IMG/VR virus record: IMGVR_UViG_3300026484_000382 | Coordinates: 10,702 to 74,701 of that record | DNA from: a virus | DNA length: 64,000 bases | Strand: one strand, 5' to 3' | Part shown: piece by piece, positions 1 to 8,349 of the stretch | Numbering within the stretch: the stretch's first letter is position 1 | How the letters are laid out: each line of letters starts with the position of its first letter | Translations under genes and position numbers: made by a program | Notes under the pieces: generated by a model | Database searches by the model: none | What the model saw: only the letters and a program-made list of their open reading frames with translations | What the model was told of the DNA's origin: nothing

Positions 1-1
1 A

Positions 2-226
2 AAAAGACTTGAAGGATGGCAAGAAAAAAAACTTATTGACTTAAAAAATCAAAAAGTATTTGCACTAGCAGGAGACAATAAAGAACTTGCTACAAAATTA
101 CACAGAAGAGTTTGGAGTTTATTTAAAAAAAATTTTAGTTTACCTAGATATAATGAATTACCTGCGGTTAAATTCAATGAAGGTGTAATGTTTATTAATA
201 AAATAAAATTAGAAGATATGTTATAA
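2..226 (+). CDS. C-terminal fragment of an ORF6C-domain (antirepressor-type) protein, truncated by the window edge
   Basis: Open frame from position 2 to TAA at 224-226 reads ...KLHRRVWSLFKKNFSLPRYNELPAVKFNEGVMFINKI, matching the ORF6C pattern (F-x-x-x-x-Y-x-x-L/I-P-x-x-x-F-x-E). Not in the ORF track. Confidence 0.6.
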   Translation, partial: KRLEGWQEKKLIDLKNQKVFALAGDNKELATKLHRRVWSLFKKNFSLPRYNELPAVKFNEGVMFINKIKLEDML

Positions 227-237
227 AAAGGATTAAT

Positions 238-762
238 ATGGATGAATTAAAAGAATACAAATCTATTAAAGTAGTTAAAGCAAAACCAATGAAATATCAC
301 GAAGCAGGTCATTGGGGATATGTTAGAGATTATGATGTGGGGAAAGACGAACAAGAAGGGTATTATGTTGAATATGAAGATGGTTACAAAAGTTGGAGTC
401 CAAAAGAGGCTTTTGAGAAAGGTTATGTGGAGATAGAGAAAGAATCAAAAACATATGGAAATACTTGTGCTAATGCTGTAAAGAAAAATGTAAAAGATAT
501 TAAGATTTGGGGTAATGGTGATTTGTTTGAATTAATAAGCAAAGCATCTAGTGAAAGTGAAGGTTGGATGAAATCAACAAAAGCTATGGAAATTCCAAGA
601 ATAGGAGTGGTTATTCAAGTTACTACTCAACAAGGTGATAATGTAGCTGAAGCTGTAACTTTTGTTCCTGGAGCTAAAATCGATAGAGAGTTGGAAACGG
701 ATGAGAATGGTAAAAAAATAGTTATATCAAGAAGAATTATAAAGGATTCAATGTGGAGTTAA
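238..762 (+). CDS. Two-domain phage protein (GYxVxYEDGYxSWSPK domain plus WMKSTKAM domain)
   Basis: AAAAGGA SD. The N-terminal GYYVEYEDGYKSWSPKEAFEKGY motif is a common phage domain often fused or adjacent to DUF2829. Confidence 0.6.
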   Translation: MDELKEYKSIKVVKAKPMKYHEAGHWGYVRDYDVGKDEQEGYYVEYEDGYKSWSPKEAFEKGYVEIEKESKTYGNTCANAVKKNVKDIKIWGNGDLFELISKASSESEGWMKSTKAMEIPRIGVVIQVTTQQGDNVAEAVTFVPGAKIDRELETDENGKKIVISRRIIKDSMWS

Positions 763-1313
763 AACAATATTTAAGAGATGGAAGAATACACACAGGGTTA
801 GAAGTAACAAGATTGGATTTAGATAATCTGCTAAAGAAATATGACTTTATTGGTGTAGCAAAAGCAGACAAGCCTGCTATTGTGGAAGCGTTATCAGGAG
901 ATGTTGTTGGTGTAATTATGGGGGATATAAATAATATAGACGAGATACATAATAATGAAGAACCTATTGCAGAAAATCCAGATTGTTGGTTTGTTAGCAA
1001 CAGAGCGATGAAGCCATACAAATCATTAGATGGTGAGTTTAATATTGGTGAAGCAAAAGAATTATTGAAATTAGGTTACAGAGTGAGACATAAGCTCTGG
1101 AAAGATAGTTTTTTAATTTATGTGCCAGGAAGTAAATTTAAGGTAAACAGACCGCCTTTATTAGGTGTATTTGAAGAAGGTACGGAAGTGAATTATGAAG
1201 CCCATATCGATGTTGTTGATATTTGTCCTATAACACAAAAAATCTTTGTTAAACCTTATGTGTTTACACAAGATGACATAATGCGTTATAAATGGGTTAT
1301 AGAGAAAGAATAA
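753..1313 (+). CDS. DUF2829 / Tad2-like protein with an extra N-terminal domain
   Basis: C-terminal FNIGEAKELLKLGYRVRHKLW...VPGSKFKVNRPPLLG...YEAHID...PYVFTQDDIMRYKW follows the DUF2829 pattern. Confidence 0.75.
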   Translation: MELKQYLRDGRIHTGLEVTRLDLDNLLKKYDFIGVAKADKPAIVEALSGDVVGVIMGDINNIDEIHNNEEPIAENPDCWFVSNRAMKPYKSLDGEFNIGEAKELLKLGYRVRHKLWKDSFLIYVPGSKFKVNRPPLLGVFEEGTEVNYEAHIDVVDICPITQKIFVKPYVFTQDDIMRYKWVIEKE

Positions 1314-1343
1314 TTTCTTTCTTTATAACTTAAAGGATTTAAA

Positions 1344-1544
1344 ATGTGCTGTGATAAAATAAAACAAATAGAAGTTGAAATAGGAATGTTGGATAGAAGG
1401 ATTGCTACTTTGGAATATCGTGAAACACAAGTAAAGAAAAATGAAAGAGAGATAGAAGAAATTAAAAATGAATTAAAAGAAACTATCGACGAATTGTATA
1501 GATTGGGTAATGAGTTCGAAAAAATCTACAAAAAAGGAAAATGA
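1344..1544 (+). CDS. Small coiled-coil protein
   Basis: AAAGGA SD; E/K-rich heptad pattern. Confidence 0.6.
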   Translation: MCCDKIKQIEVEIGMLDRRIATLEYRETQVKKNEREIEEIKNELKETIDELYRLGNEFEKIYKKGK

Positions 1545-1600
1545 TGGAAGTTTTAGAAATTGGTGCAATAAATAATGCTTTTAATAAAAAAGGAGAAAAG

Positions 1601-2176
1601 ATGAATACAGTAAAACAATTAGAAGAATTAAGAAACAATATCTCTGAATGGGGTAGAAAAAATGGTATTACTATTAATGGTAAAGTAGAAGGACAAATGT
1701 TAAAACTTAACAGTGAAGCAAGTGAAATATCTGAAGCTATATTAGAAGGTGATGGTTCTAAATTTATTGATGCAATTGGAGATACTTTTGTTGTAATGGT
1801 TATGGTAGCAGATATCCTAAAAAGAGAACTAAATAGTGATGAGTTAGATTTGAGAATGGTTGGGTATGATAAAACGCTTGAAGAACTACGCGATGATATT
1901 GATTTTGTAATATTACTTAAAATTCAGGTTGAATTAGGAGAACTTAATGATTTAATTGCAAAAGGAAGATATGAAACTTCTTTTACTACATTAAATAAAA
2001 TGTTAAGTGTTTTAAATGCTCTTGCAGAAGATAGTGATAATAAGTTAGTTGAATGTATTGAAGCGGCTTATAATGAAATTAAAGACAGAGTAGGTTTTTT
2101 AACTCCTGATGGGGTGTTTGTGAAAAGCACAGACCCAGAATATGAGAATGTAGTTAAGCAGTTTAAAGGCAAATAA
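1601..2176 (+). CDS. mazG: MazG-like nucleotide pyrophosphohydrolase
   Basis: QMLKLNSEASE...DAIGD and ECIEAAYNEIKDRxG...GVFVK motifs, with a degenerate second repeat (ELGEL). Start moved to the ATG at 1601 behind AAAGGAG; 1541 is an alternative. Confidence 0.8.
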   Translation: MNTVKQLEELRNNISEWGRKNGITINGKVEGQMLKLNSEASEISEAILEGDGSKFIDAIGDTFVVMVMVADILKRELNSDELDLRMVGYDKTLEELRDDIDFVILLKIQVELGELNDLIAKGRYETSFTTLNKMLSVLNALAEDSDNKLVECIEAAYNEIKDRVGFLTPDGVFVKSTDPEYENVVKQFKGK

Positions 2177-2177
2177 C

Positions 2178-2366
2178 ATGGAAGACATGAGAATGAAAAT
2201 AATTATGGTCTTTGTAATAGTATATGCAATGGGATATGTTACATCAATTGCTTCTAATTATGTAAAAGGAACAGTATTAAAATTATTAGTTCCTTTTCTG
2301 TCTGGAATAATAAGTGGTGCTATCATTGGATATTTTACTAGAATAATGGTTGCATCATGTATGTGA
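2178..2366 (+). CDS. Small membrane protein with two predicted TM segments
   Basis: Two hydrophobic stretches; tight operon packing. Confidence 0.55.
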   Translation: MEDMRMKIIMVFVIVYAMGYVTSIASNYVKGTVLKLLVPFLSGIISGAIIGYFTRIMVASCM

Positions 2367-2626
2367 TAAAAGATTTCAAAGGGACTAAATATAAAGCAAG
2401 AACTAAATTTGCTTGGTTGCCGAAACAGTTAGATGATGGCTATAAAGCTTTCTTCAGTTTTTATGTAGCCATTGAAAAACTTTGTTATCCATGTCAGGAT
2501 TTGCCTTTCTGGGTTGAGATATACTCAATGACATTGCCAGACATACCAGTGGATATAAAATCTGTATTAGAAGTAGAGCTTGAAGAATGTATAGAAAAAT
2601 TAAAAATAAAAGATAAGGAAAAATAA
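2357..2626 (+). CDS. Hypothetical phage protein
   Basis: Overlapping start/stop packing in the operon. Confidence 0.55.
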   Translation: MYVIKDFKGTKYKARTKFAWLPKQLDDGYKAFFSFYVAIEKLCYPCQDLPFWVEIYSMTLPDIPVDIKSVLEVELEECIEKLKIKDKEK

Positions 2627-3111
2627 TGCTAAAAAATAAAATTGTTAAAAAAGGTATGGATGCTTTAAAAGTGGGAACTGTAGTTGTGTTTAGATTACCT
2701 GCTATTACAAATGAAAATCATTTAGGGTATTGGCCCAAAGAAATTGTATCAGATAAAGATATAAAAGAAATAAAAAAATCTGTTGATAAGACAGAACCAT
2801 TAATTGGTGTTATTAGAAGAAGAATTGAAACTGATGACGGAATGACATTTGATGTTGCGTTTTTCACAAGAAGACATGATGGAACTATTTCCGGTTACAT
2901 AGAACTAAAAGAGGTTATGATTTGGAGATACTTTGTTGACCCTTGTAGTTCTGGAATACCACCTAAATGGTTTAAGGAAATTGTTAGAACATCTCAAAAA
3001 GAAGAAGGTTATTTTGTTGAAATTCCTGCCGATAAGATTCATTATCTAAAAGAATGTAAAAAGAAACCGAAATACGCAAAAGTTAAATATATTGTAAAGG
3101 ATGAAAAATGA
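2626..3111 (+). CDS. Hypothetical phage protein
   Basis: TAATG coupling; AAGGA SD. Confidence 0.6.
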   Translation: MLKNKIVKKGMDALKVGTVVVFRLPAITNENHLGYWPKEIVSDKDIKEIKKSVDKTEPLIGVIRRRIETDDGMTFDVAFFTRRHDGTISGYIELKEVMIWRYFVDPCSSGIPPKWFKEIVRTSQKEEGYFVEIPADKIHYLKECKKKPKYAKVKYIVKDEK

Positions 3112-3314
3112 AAGTAATATTAGAACACGACGAAATTTTAGATGCAATAGCAGAATATGCTGCTAAAAAGTTAAATGTAAAACCAAGTGAAATTACTATT
3201 AGACTTAATGCAAGAAAAGGTAGAAGTTTTGATGCCGATATAGAAATGGTTGAGTATGTAAAAACTGATGATAAACCTTTAACAGATAATGTGTTAGAAG
3301 AGGAACATCACTAA
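3108..3314 (+). CDS. Hypothetical phage protein
   Basis: ATGA overlap; AAAGGA SD. Confidence 0.6.
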   Translation: MKVILEHDEILDAIAEYAAKKLNVKPSEITIRLNARKGRSFDADIEMVEYVKTDDKPLTDNVLEEEHH

Positions 3315-3946
3315 TGTTTGATTTCTTTAATGTAAAAAAACGAGTAAATGAGTTTGATGACTCTTTTATTCGTTTTAGGCTTTATCTGAACTTTATTTAT
3401 GCAATAGGTCTTGCTTTTGCATCACCTGTATCTACAGCTCTTAAAGGGATAGAATTTCAAGGCATTTTGTGGTTAATTCCATTTTTTACATTACTTGGTG
3501 TAATCCTATCTAAATACACTGAATTCCTTGTTAAGAAGTTAACGATACAAATTGCTCATAAATTAATAGGAGTATCTACATTGCTTATAGTTTTTATTCC
3601 ATTTATTTATGCTTATAATCACTTTTTAGCAGCCATATATCTATCTGCATTGATTGTTTTTGATGGATTGATATTTGGTGTTTATGGTGTATTTTTAACT
3701 AACTACATAACAAAAATTAATCCCGAGTTGATAAGCAAATATCAAACAACAAGAATTCATGTTTGGGCAGATGGGGCTTTAATAGGAGGAGTTTTAGCGT
3801 TATTTATCATAGGTAATGATGATATTTGGTATGGAATGTTAGCAGCTGCTGTTGTAGATACAACTATTGTAATAATGTTTATAAATAATTACAAACATAT
3901 AAAAGACATAAAAGAAGAGGAATACAAAATAAAGGATAAAAAATGA
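3314..3946 (+). CDS. Polytopic membrane protein (about 6 TM, resembles half an MFS transporter)
   Basis: Six hydrophobic segments; GAGGA SD. Confidence 0.6.
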   Translation: MFDFFNVKKRVNEFDDSFIRFRLYLNFIYAIGLAFASPVSTALKGIEFQGILWLIPFFTLLGVILSKYTEFLVKKLTIQIAHKLIGVSTLLIVFIPFIYAYNHFLAAIYLSALIVFDGLIFGVYGVFLTNYITKINPELISKYQTTRIHVWADGALIGGVLALFIIGNDDIWYGMLAAAVVDTTIVIMFINNYKHIKDIKEEEYKIKDKK

Positions 3947-4719
3947 TTAGAGAAATAGAATTACTAGGAAACGCAGGAGCATTTGATTTTGATAAGGTGT
4001 CATCAAGTTTCTTAATGAGAAAAGAAAATGATTCCCTTGCACTTATTGATTGTGGACACGGAGTAAATAATGTATTAAAAAAGAGAGGTCTTATAGGGCA
4101 AATCGAGGAAGTTTATATCACTCATACTCATTTTGACCATATAGCTGATTTAGAAGGTTTAATTTATTGTAGATATTTTGTTTACGGTAAAAAAACAACT
4201 ATTAGAACATCAACTACTATTATTGAAGAGTTAAAAAACATATTTGGTAATAGATTTGATACAGAATATTTTAATGGTGAGAATATTCCTGCTCGAATGG
4301 TTGAATATAAAAAAGTAGGAAAGTGTAATGACTATAGACATGGAGATTATGCAGAAGAGTGTTATTTTGATGTAAATCATGGAACTATGAATGCTGTTGG
4401 GTTTAAATTTGTGTCTTATAAACAAGCAGATGGTTATAAAAAAGCAAACAATGTAGTTATAGTATCAGGAGATACAAAAGCTTGTAAAACAATACTTAAT
4501 GAGATTGAAACAATGCCGCAGTGGGTAAATGGTAAATTTATTGTTTTCCACGATTACAGTATGTTTAATAATCCTTGTAAGAATATTCATATGTGCGAGA
4601 TTGATTATGATTTAATGTATGAGAAAGCAGTAGAAGAAGCTAAAGAAAAATGCAAAGATTTTCAACTTTTATTATATCATGATAACTTTAATAATAAATT
4701 ACATAAGGTAGTATTATGA
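3943..4719 (+). CDS. Metallo-beta-lactamase-fold hydrolase (RNase Z / Apyc1-like)
   Basis: LIDCG, THTHFDH (HxHxDH), NHG and SGDT motifs plus distal HD/H ligands. Confidence 0.85.
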   Translation: MIREIELLGNAGAFDFDKVSSSFLMRKENDSLALIDCGHGVNNVLKKRGLIGQIEEVYITHTHFDHIADLEGLIYCRYFVYGKKTTIRTSTTIIEELKNIFGNRFDTEYFNGENIPARMVEYKKVGKCNDYRHGDYAEECYFDVNHGTMNAVGFKFVSYKQADGYKKANNVVIVSGDTKACKTILNEIETMPQWVNGKFIVFHDYSMFNNPCKNIHMCEIDYDLMYEKAVEEAKEKCKDFQLLLYHDNFNNKLHKVVL

Positions 4720-5171
4720 ATATAGATATAATAAAAATCTTTTTAATAATATTTAGTATTATAATGATACTACTTATTAGTGTATTGATAATGGATGTAA
4801 AAAATTCACCTACTCTTTTAAACTTTTATGTGTTTATGCTGATTTTTTATTCTTATATTCTTGGTAATTTTTTGGGTAAAGATAAAGAGATAGAAACTTG
4901 TTATCGCGAAAAGAAAATGTTACTGGAAAGTGAAATGACTTGTCTTAAGGCCTTTAATAAACGCACAGATAGTTTACTAAAAGACTTGTTGTATGAATAT
5001 AAAGGGAAGAGATATGTTTTACTTGAAAATGTAGAATTTAAACCTACAACAAACGGAAGTAATAGAGATTGGGTTGAAGGTGTAGCTTATGCTCCTATAG
5101 ATGACAGTTTTAAAACATATGTAAGAGATAAAGAAGAATTTTTTGATAGATTTAAAAAGGTGGAGCAATAA
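4716..5171 (+). CDS. Membrane-anchored protein with C-terminal DUF1653-like domain
   Basis: Two N-terminal TM segments; YEYKGKRY...VAY...TYVRDKEEFFDRF. Confidence 0.6.
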   Translation: MNIDIIKIFLIIFSIIMILLISVLIMDVKNSPTLLNFYVFMLIFYSYILGNFLGKDKEIETCYREKKMLLESEMTCLKAFNKRTDSLLKDLLYEYKGKRYVLLENVEFKPTTNGSNRDWVEGVAYAPIDDSFKTYVRDKEEFFDRFKKVEQ

Positions 5172-5183
5172 ATGTTTCCCTTT

Positions 5184-5285
5184 TTAAGGTTCTATTTTAC
5201 ACTTCCAATTAAATTCCCCTAAAAATCTTTTAAACTTCTGAAGTTTTACATTTATTCTTTTACATTGTTTTTTTAGTTTTGGCAT
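5184..5285 (-). CDS. 33-aa cationic micropeptide A (MPKLKKQCKRINVKLQKFKRFLGEFNWKCKIEP)
   Basis: Own TATAAT box (5317-5322, minus strand) and AAAGGA SD; homologous to 7262..7357. Confidence 0.7.
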   Translation of the reverse strand: MPKLKKQCKRINVKLQKFKRFLGEFNWKCKIEP

Positions 5286-5316
5286 GTTTTAGTCCTTTAT
5301 TTTTTTTGAAGTTGGA

Positions 5317-5352
5317 ATTATATCTAAAAAAAATAATATTTTTTTGTATAAT
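5317..5352. promoter_or_regulatory. Divergent -10 boxes
   Basis: TATAAT on the minus strand at 5317-5322 and on the plus strand at 5347-5352, each followed by an A-run and AAGGA. Confidence 0.6.
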
Positions 5353-5372
5353 TTTAAAAAAAAAGGAATAAA

Positions 5373-6251
5373 ATGGGAGCTAATCGTTTTCTATTGTATA
5401 AACAAGCTATAACAGAACAAGAACTTATAAAATCTATAAATAGACGAATTTCTGGGATAAAGAAAAAAAATAAAGACTTTTCAGTTTTAACACATTCTCA
5501 GCTATTTAATTTTTTTGATTTGAAAAGAAAGTATTTAGATTGGATAAAAGAAAAGAAAAATTCTTTAGATGGTTTTTTAGAAAATGCAAAAGGTGGGATG
5601 AATAAAAATTACTTTAATAGTTTATTAAAAGATTATCAAGAAATTGAAGAGAAAAAACCAGATTTAGTAAACAAAGCTGCTTACAAAGCATTAGATGATT
5701 TACTTGATGATGGTTTTTTTCAAGCGAGAGGTATAGGTGGAAAATATTTTAGAGATAAAGGTATAATAATAGGAAAACAAAAACAAACAAATGGAAGAAG
5801 ATCTACTCTATTCCATGAATTAAATGAACACTCTAATAGAAATAAGAAAGTAAATTGGTATGATTTGAACAAATCAAAAGATGATGAAATTACACATTAC
5901 AATGTGTCCAATGTAAAGGGATTAGACCATAATTTGTTAGTAACAGCAAAGGGTAAATTAAGAAAAGATTTAGAGTTAGTTGGTAAATACTCGAAAAATA
6001 ATGGAGGTTATACACTAGAAAAACTTGTTAGGAGAGTTCTTGGAAAGGACAATCCAGAATTTTTAAACTGGGAGTATGGAAAAGGAAGAAAATTAAATAG
6101 ACATCACAGAAAAAAACTTTTAGAGTTTGAACATAAGCATGCTAGTAACTTTCAAAGCCCTTTAAATGATTCTTACTTAAGAAACATTAAAAATAAAAAT
6201 AGAAACAAAAAGAAAAAAGCAATTTTTTCAGAATATATAAAATACATTTAA
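5373..6251 (+). CDS. Basic protein with KxA leader (MGANRFLLYKQA); putative internal head cargo
   Basis: Leader motif shared with other genes; own promoter; K/N-rich body containing FHELNE. Confidence 0.6.
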   Translation: MGANRFLLYKQAITEQELIKSINRRISGIKKKNKDFSVLTHSQLFNFFDLKRKYLDWIKEKKNSLDGFLENAKGGMNKNYFNSLLKDYQEIEEKKPDLVNKAAYKALDDLLDDGFFQARGIGGKYFRDKGIIIGKQKQTNGRRSTLFHELNEHSNRNKKVNWYDLNKSKDDEITHYNVSNVKGLDHNLLVTAKGKLRKDLELVGKYSKNNGGYTLEKLVRRVLGKDNPEFLNWEYGKGRKLNRHHRKKLLEFEHKHASNFQSPLNDSYLRNIKNKNRNKKKKAIFSEYIKYI

Positions 6252-6262
6252 AAGGAACAAAT

Positions 6263-6581
6263 ATGAGTAAATAGCACACACAAGAGAATATGGGATGTGG
6301 ATAGCAAAAATAATTAGAAGAGATAAAACTTATTTAATTTGTGGTTCTATTAAAAATAGAAGGGCTCATCATATTAATTCTGGTAGTTACCTTCCTGAAG
6401 ATAGGTATAGAGAGAAAAATGGTGTGTGTTTATGTGAAAAACATCATAAATTGTTTCATACATCTTACAAGAACTCTTTTAGAGAGAAATGTACAAAAAA
6501 AAAGATTTTAGTAATTTTTTAGAATTTATATTGAAATTTGTTCCTGTTGATGAAGATTGTGGTATTATAACAGCAACTTGA
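6263..6581 (+). pseudogene. Decayed HNH endonuclease paralogue of 6912..7253
   Basis: SD and ATG at 6263. Codon 4 is TAG where the paralogue has TGG, followed by a 1-nt deletion. A later poly-A run has 9 A against 7 in the paralogue (frameshift). The middle aligns closely with the intact copy. Confidence 0.8.
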
Positions 6582-6635
6582 CATATATGTAAGAGAGAAA
6601 AAAGAGTTTTTTAGAAAATTTAAACGAATAACCCC

Positions 6636-6664
6636 TTGATTTAATTTGAACTATAAGGTATAAT
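6636..6664 (+). promoter_or_regulatory. Sigma70-type promoter with no immediate downstream ORF
   Basis: TTGATT (6636-6641), 17-nt spacer, TATAAT (6659-6664). Confidence 0.7.
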
Positions 6665-6670
6665 CTCTAT

Positions 6671-6827
6671 CGTCCTGAGAATAGTTAATTTTTACAATTT
6701 TTTTACCTTGTTTGTAATAATTTTTAACTCATATTTCTTGCTATTAAAAGTTTTAATTTTTTTAACAAGGGTATCCCCCTTTGTGTGTTCCTTATAATAT
6801 TTTACATTTTAGTTTCTTCTCAGGACG
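6671..6827 (+). ncRNA. Candidate ~157-nt small RNA closed by an 11-bp terminal stem
   Basis: Begins about 7 nt after the -10 box. CGTCCTGAGAA (6671-6681) is the exact reverse complement of TTCTCAGGACG (6817-6827). Internal hairpins have U-rich/CCUU loops and there is no meaningful ORF. Confidence 0.55.
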
Positions 6828-6852
6828 CACTCTTTATTCTCCTCCATATATT

Positions 6853-6883
6853 TAGTATAATGCACTATTAGTGCATTATACTA
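6853..6883. repeat. Perfect 15-1-15 palindrome containing TATAAT on both strands
   Basis: TAGTATAATGCACTA-T-TAGTGCATTATACTA. Confidence 0.9.
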
Positions 6884-6911
6884 TCAAACAAAATCAAGAA
6901 AAAGGAATATT

Positions 6912-7253
6912 ATGGCAACATGGCATTCAAGTAGAGAATATAGAATTTGGAGAGCAAAAATAATTAGAACACAAAAAGAATGTTTAATTTGTTCATCTAT
7001 AAAAAAAAGAGCTGCTCATCACATGGATAGTGGTAGTTATTTCCCAGATGAAAGATATAAAATGGATAATGGTGTATGTTTATGCGGAAAACATCACAGA
7101 ATGTTTCATAATTCCTACAAAAATAGTTATAGAGAAAAGTGTACAAAAAAAGACTTTGCTAATTTTTTAGAATTAATGATTAAAATTTCAAATGAAACAG
7201 GTTGCTATAATAAAGAAAAAATGATAGAATTCCGTTCAAAAATTTTAAAATAG
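6912..7253 (+). CDS. HNH endonuclease
   Basis: CxxC, AHH, DNGVCLCGKHHRMFH; AAAGGA SD. Confidence 0.85.
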   Translation: MATWHSSREYRIWRAKIIRTQKECLICSSIKKRAAHHMDSGSYFPDERYKMDNGVCLCGKHHRMFHNSYKNSYREKCTKKDFANFLELMIKISNETGCYNKEKMIEFRSKILK

Positions 7254-7261
7254 GAAAGTAC

Positions 7262-7357
7262 ATGAAAAAGATGCATAAACTAAAAAGAGTTTGTAAAGTT
7301 AAAGTAGAGAAAACAAAAAGGTTTTTAAAGACCTTTAATTGGAAATGTGAATTTTAA
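7262..7357 (+). CDS. 31-aa cationic micropeptide B (MKKMHKLKRVCKVKVEKTKRFLKTFNWKCEF)
   Basis: AGGA SD; shares KLK..C, VK, KRFL and FNWKC with peptide A. Confidence 0.7.
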   Translation: MKKMHKLKRVCKVKVEKTKRFLKTFNWKCEF

Positions 7358-7893
7358 TATCCATTTTCCTCTCTGTTTTGTCTAGCTTTGTAAACACCAT
7401 ACCCACCTGCTAATGTTAGAGCACCAGCCCCAATACCAGTCTTTATTTTATTCTCTTTCATCCAGTTTAAAACACTATTACCTGATTTAGTTGTAGTATC
7501 TATATTTGTATTGTATATCTTTTGCTTAAATCTTTTTCTTTCTTCTGCTTTGTTTTTTAATTTTTTGATAGAAATAGGTGTTTCATTGTTAAGGTTAATT
7601 TCTTGTTGTATATTTTTAACTTCAGGTGTTTCTTTTTGTGATGCCCTATATTGATCTCTTTCTGCTTTAAACTTTGTTTTAGACCCCTGTCCAGAAATAT
7701 GTTTTAACTCTTTATGTTCTTCTGGGGTAATTAAACCATTTGCTAGCATTTCATCTAGCTTTTTGTGTAATTTGTTTTGTTTCCCGTTAAATTCATTACT
7801 ATTAACAAAATCCATTATAAACTTATTATTACCGAATCTATCTTTTATTTTATTATAATAAGCCGTTTTAATTAAGTATTGTGTTGCATTCAT
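7354..7893 (-). CDS. KxA-leader protein (MNATQYLIKTA) with C-terminal Gly-rich hydrophobic helix
   Basis: Leader motif; C-terminal TGIGAGALTLAGGYGVY; A-run AAGGA SD. Confidence 0.7.
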   Translation of the reverse strand: MNATQYLIKTAYYNKIKDRFGNNKFIMDFVNSNEFNGKQNKLHKKLDEMLANGLITPEEHKELKHISGQGSKTKFKAERDQYRASQKETPEVKNIQQEINLNNETPISIKKLKNKAEERKRFKQKIYNTNIDTTTKSGNSVLNWMKENKIKTGIGAGALTLAGGYGVYKARQNREENGY

Positions 7894-7920
7894 GTTTTTC
7901 CTTTTTTTTTATTTATTATA

Positions 7921-8349
7921 CTAAAGATTGTTTATTGTTGCAATTATTTTATCTGCATCTTCTTCTGTTAATCCATTGTCTCCGTTAATATGATAGAAAT
8001 TTGATTTGTTTATATAGTTGTGTTTTTCTGAACATATGTAAGTATCATCATCATCAACAACTAAAAATTTATCTATATTATATTTTTTAATTGTATTTTT
8101 TATTTGCCCACCTTTTATAACATGAGTATCTAATGTTGTCCCTATTATTTTATCTTTATTTTTTAAAGATGAATTTAATAAGATTTTTTGTACTTCATAT
8201 TTTAGAGATGAATGTATAATAACATTACTATTAGTTTTATCTATTATTAAATTTAATAATTCTAATTTTGAATTTACACTATTTAAATCGTTATTCTTAT
8301 GTGGCAATATAACACCATCAAAATCTAAAAACAATATTTTTTTATACAC
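7921..8349 (-). CDS. HAD-family protein (Swiss-Army-Knife RNA-repair HAD_SAK_2-like)
   Basis: FLDFDGVI, IHSS, VVDDDD and GLTEEDA motifs. Confidence 0.8.
   Translation of the reverse strand: MYKKILFLDFDGVILPHKNNDLNSVNSKLELLNLIIDKTNSNVIIHSSLKYEVQKILLNSSLKNKDKIIGTTLDTHVIKGGQIKNTIKKYNIDKFLVVDDDDTYICSEKHNYINKSNFYHINGDNGLTEEDADKIIATINNL

Noticed and set aside
6272-6274. TAG as evidence of stop-codon reassignment
   Set aside because: The same gene also has frameshifts. Long genes read through under code 11, and TAG terminates normal genes (30592, 34599, 40853).
6853-6883. Palindrome as a protelomerase or recombinase site
   Set aside because: No such enzyme is in the window and there is only one copy; a regulatory role is simpler.
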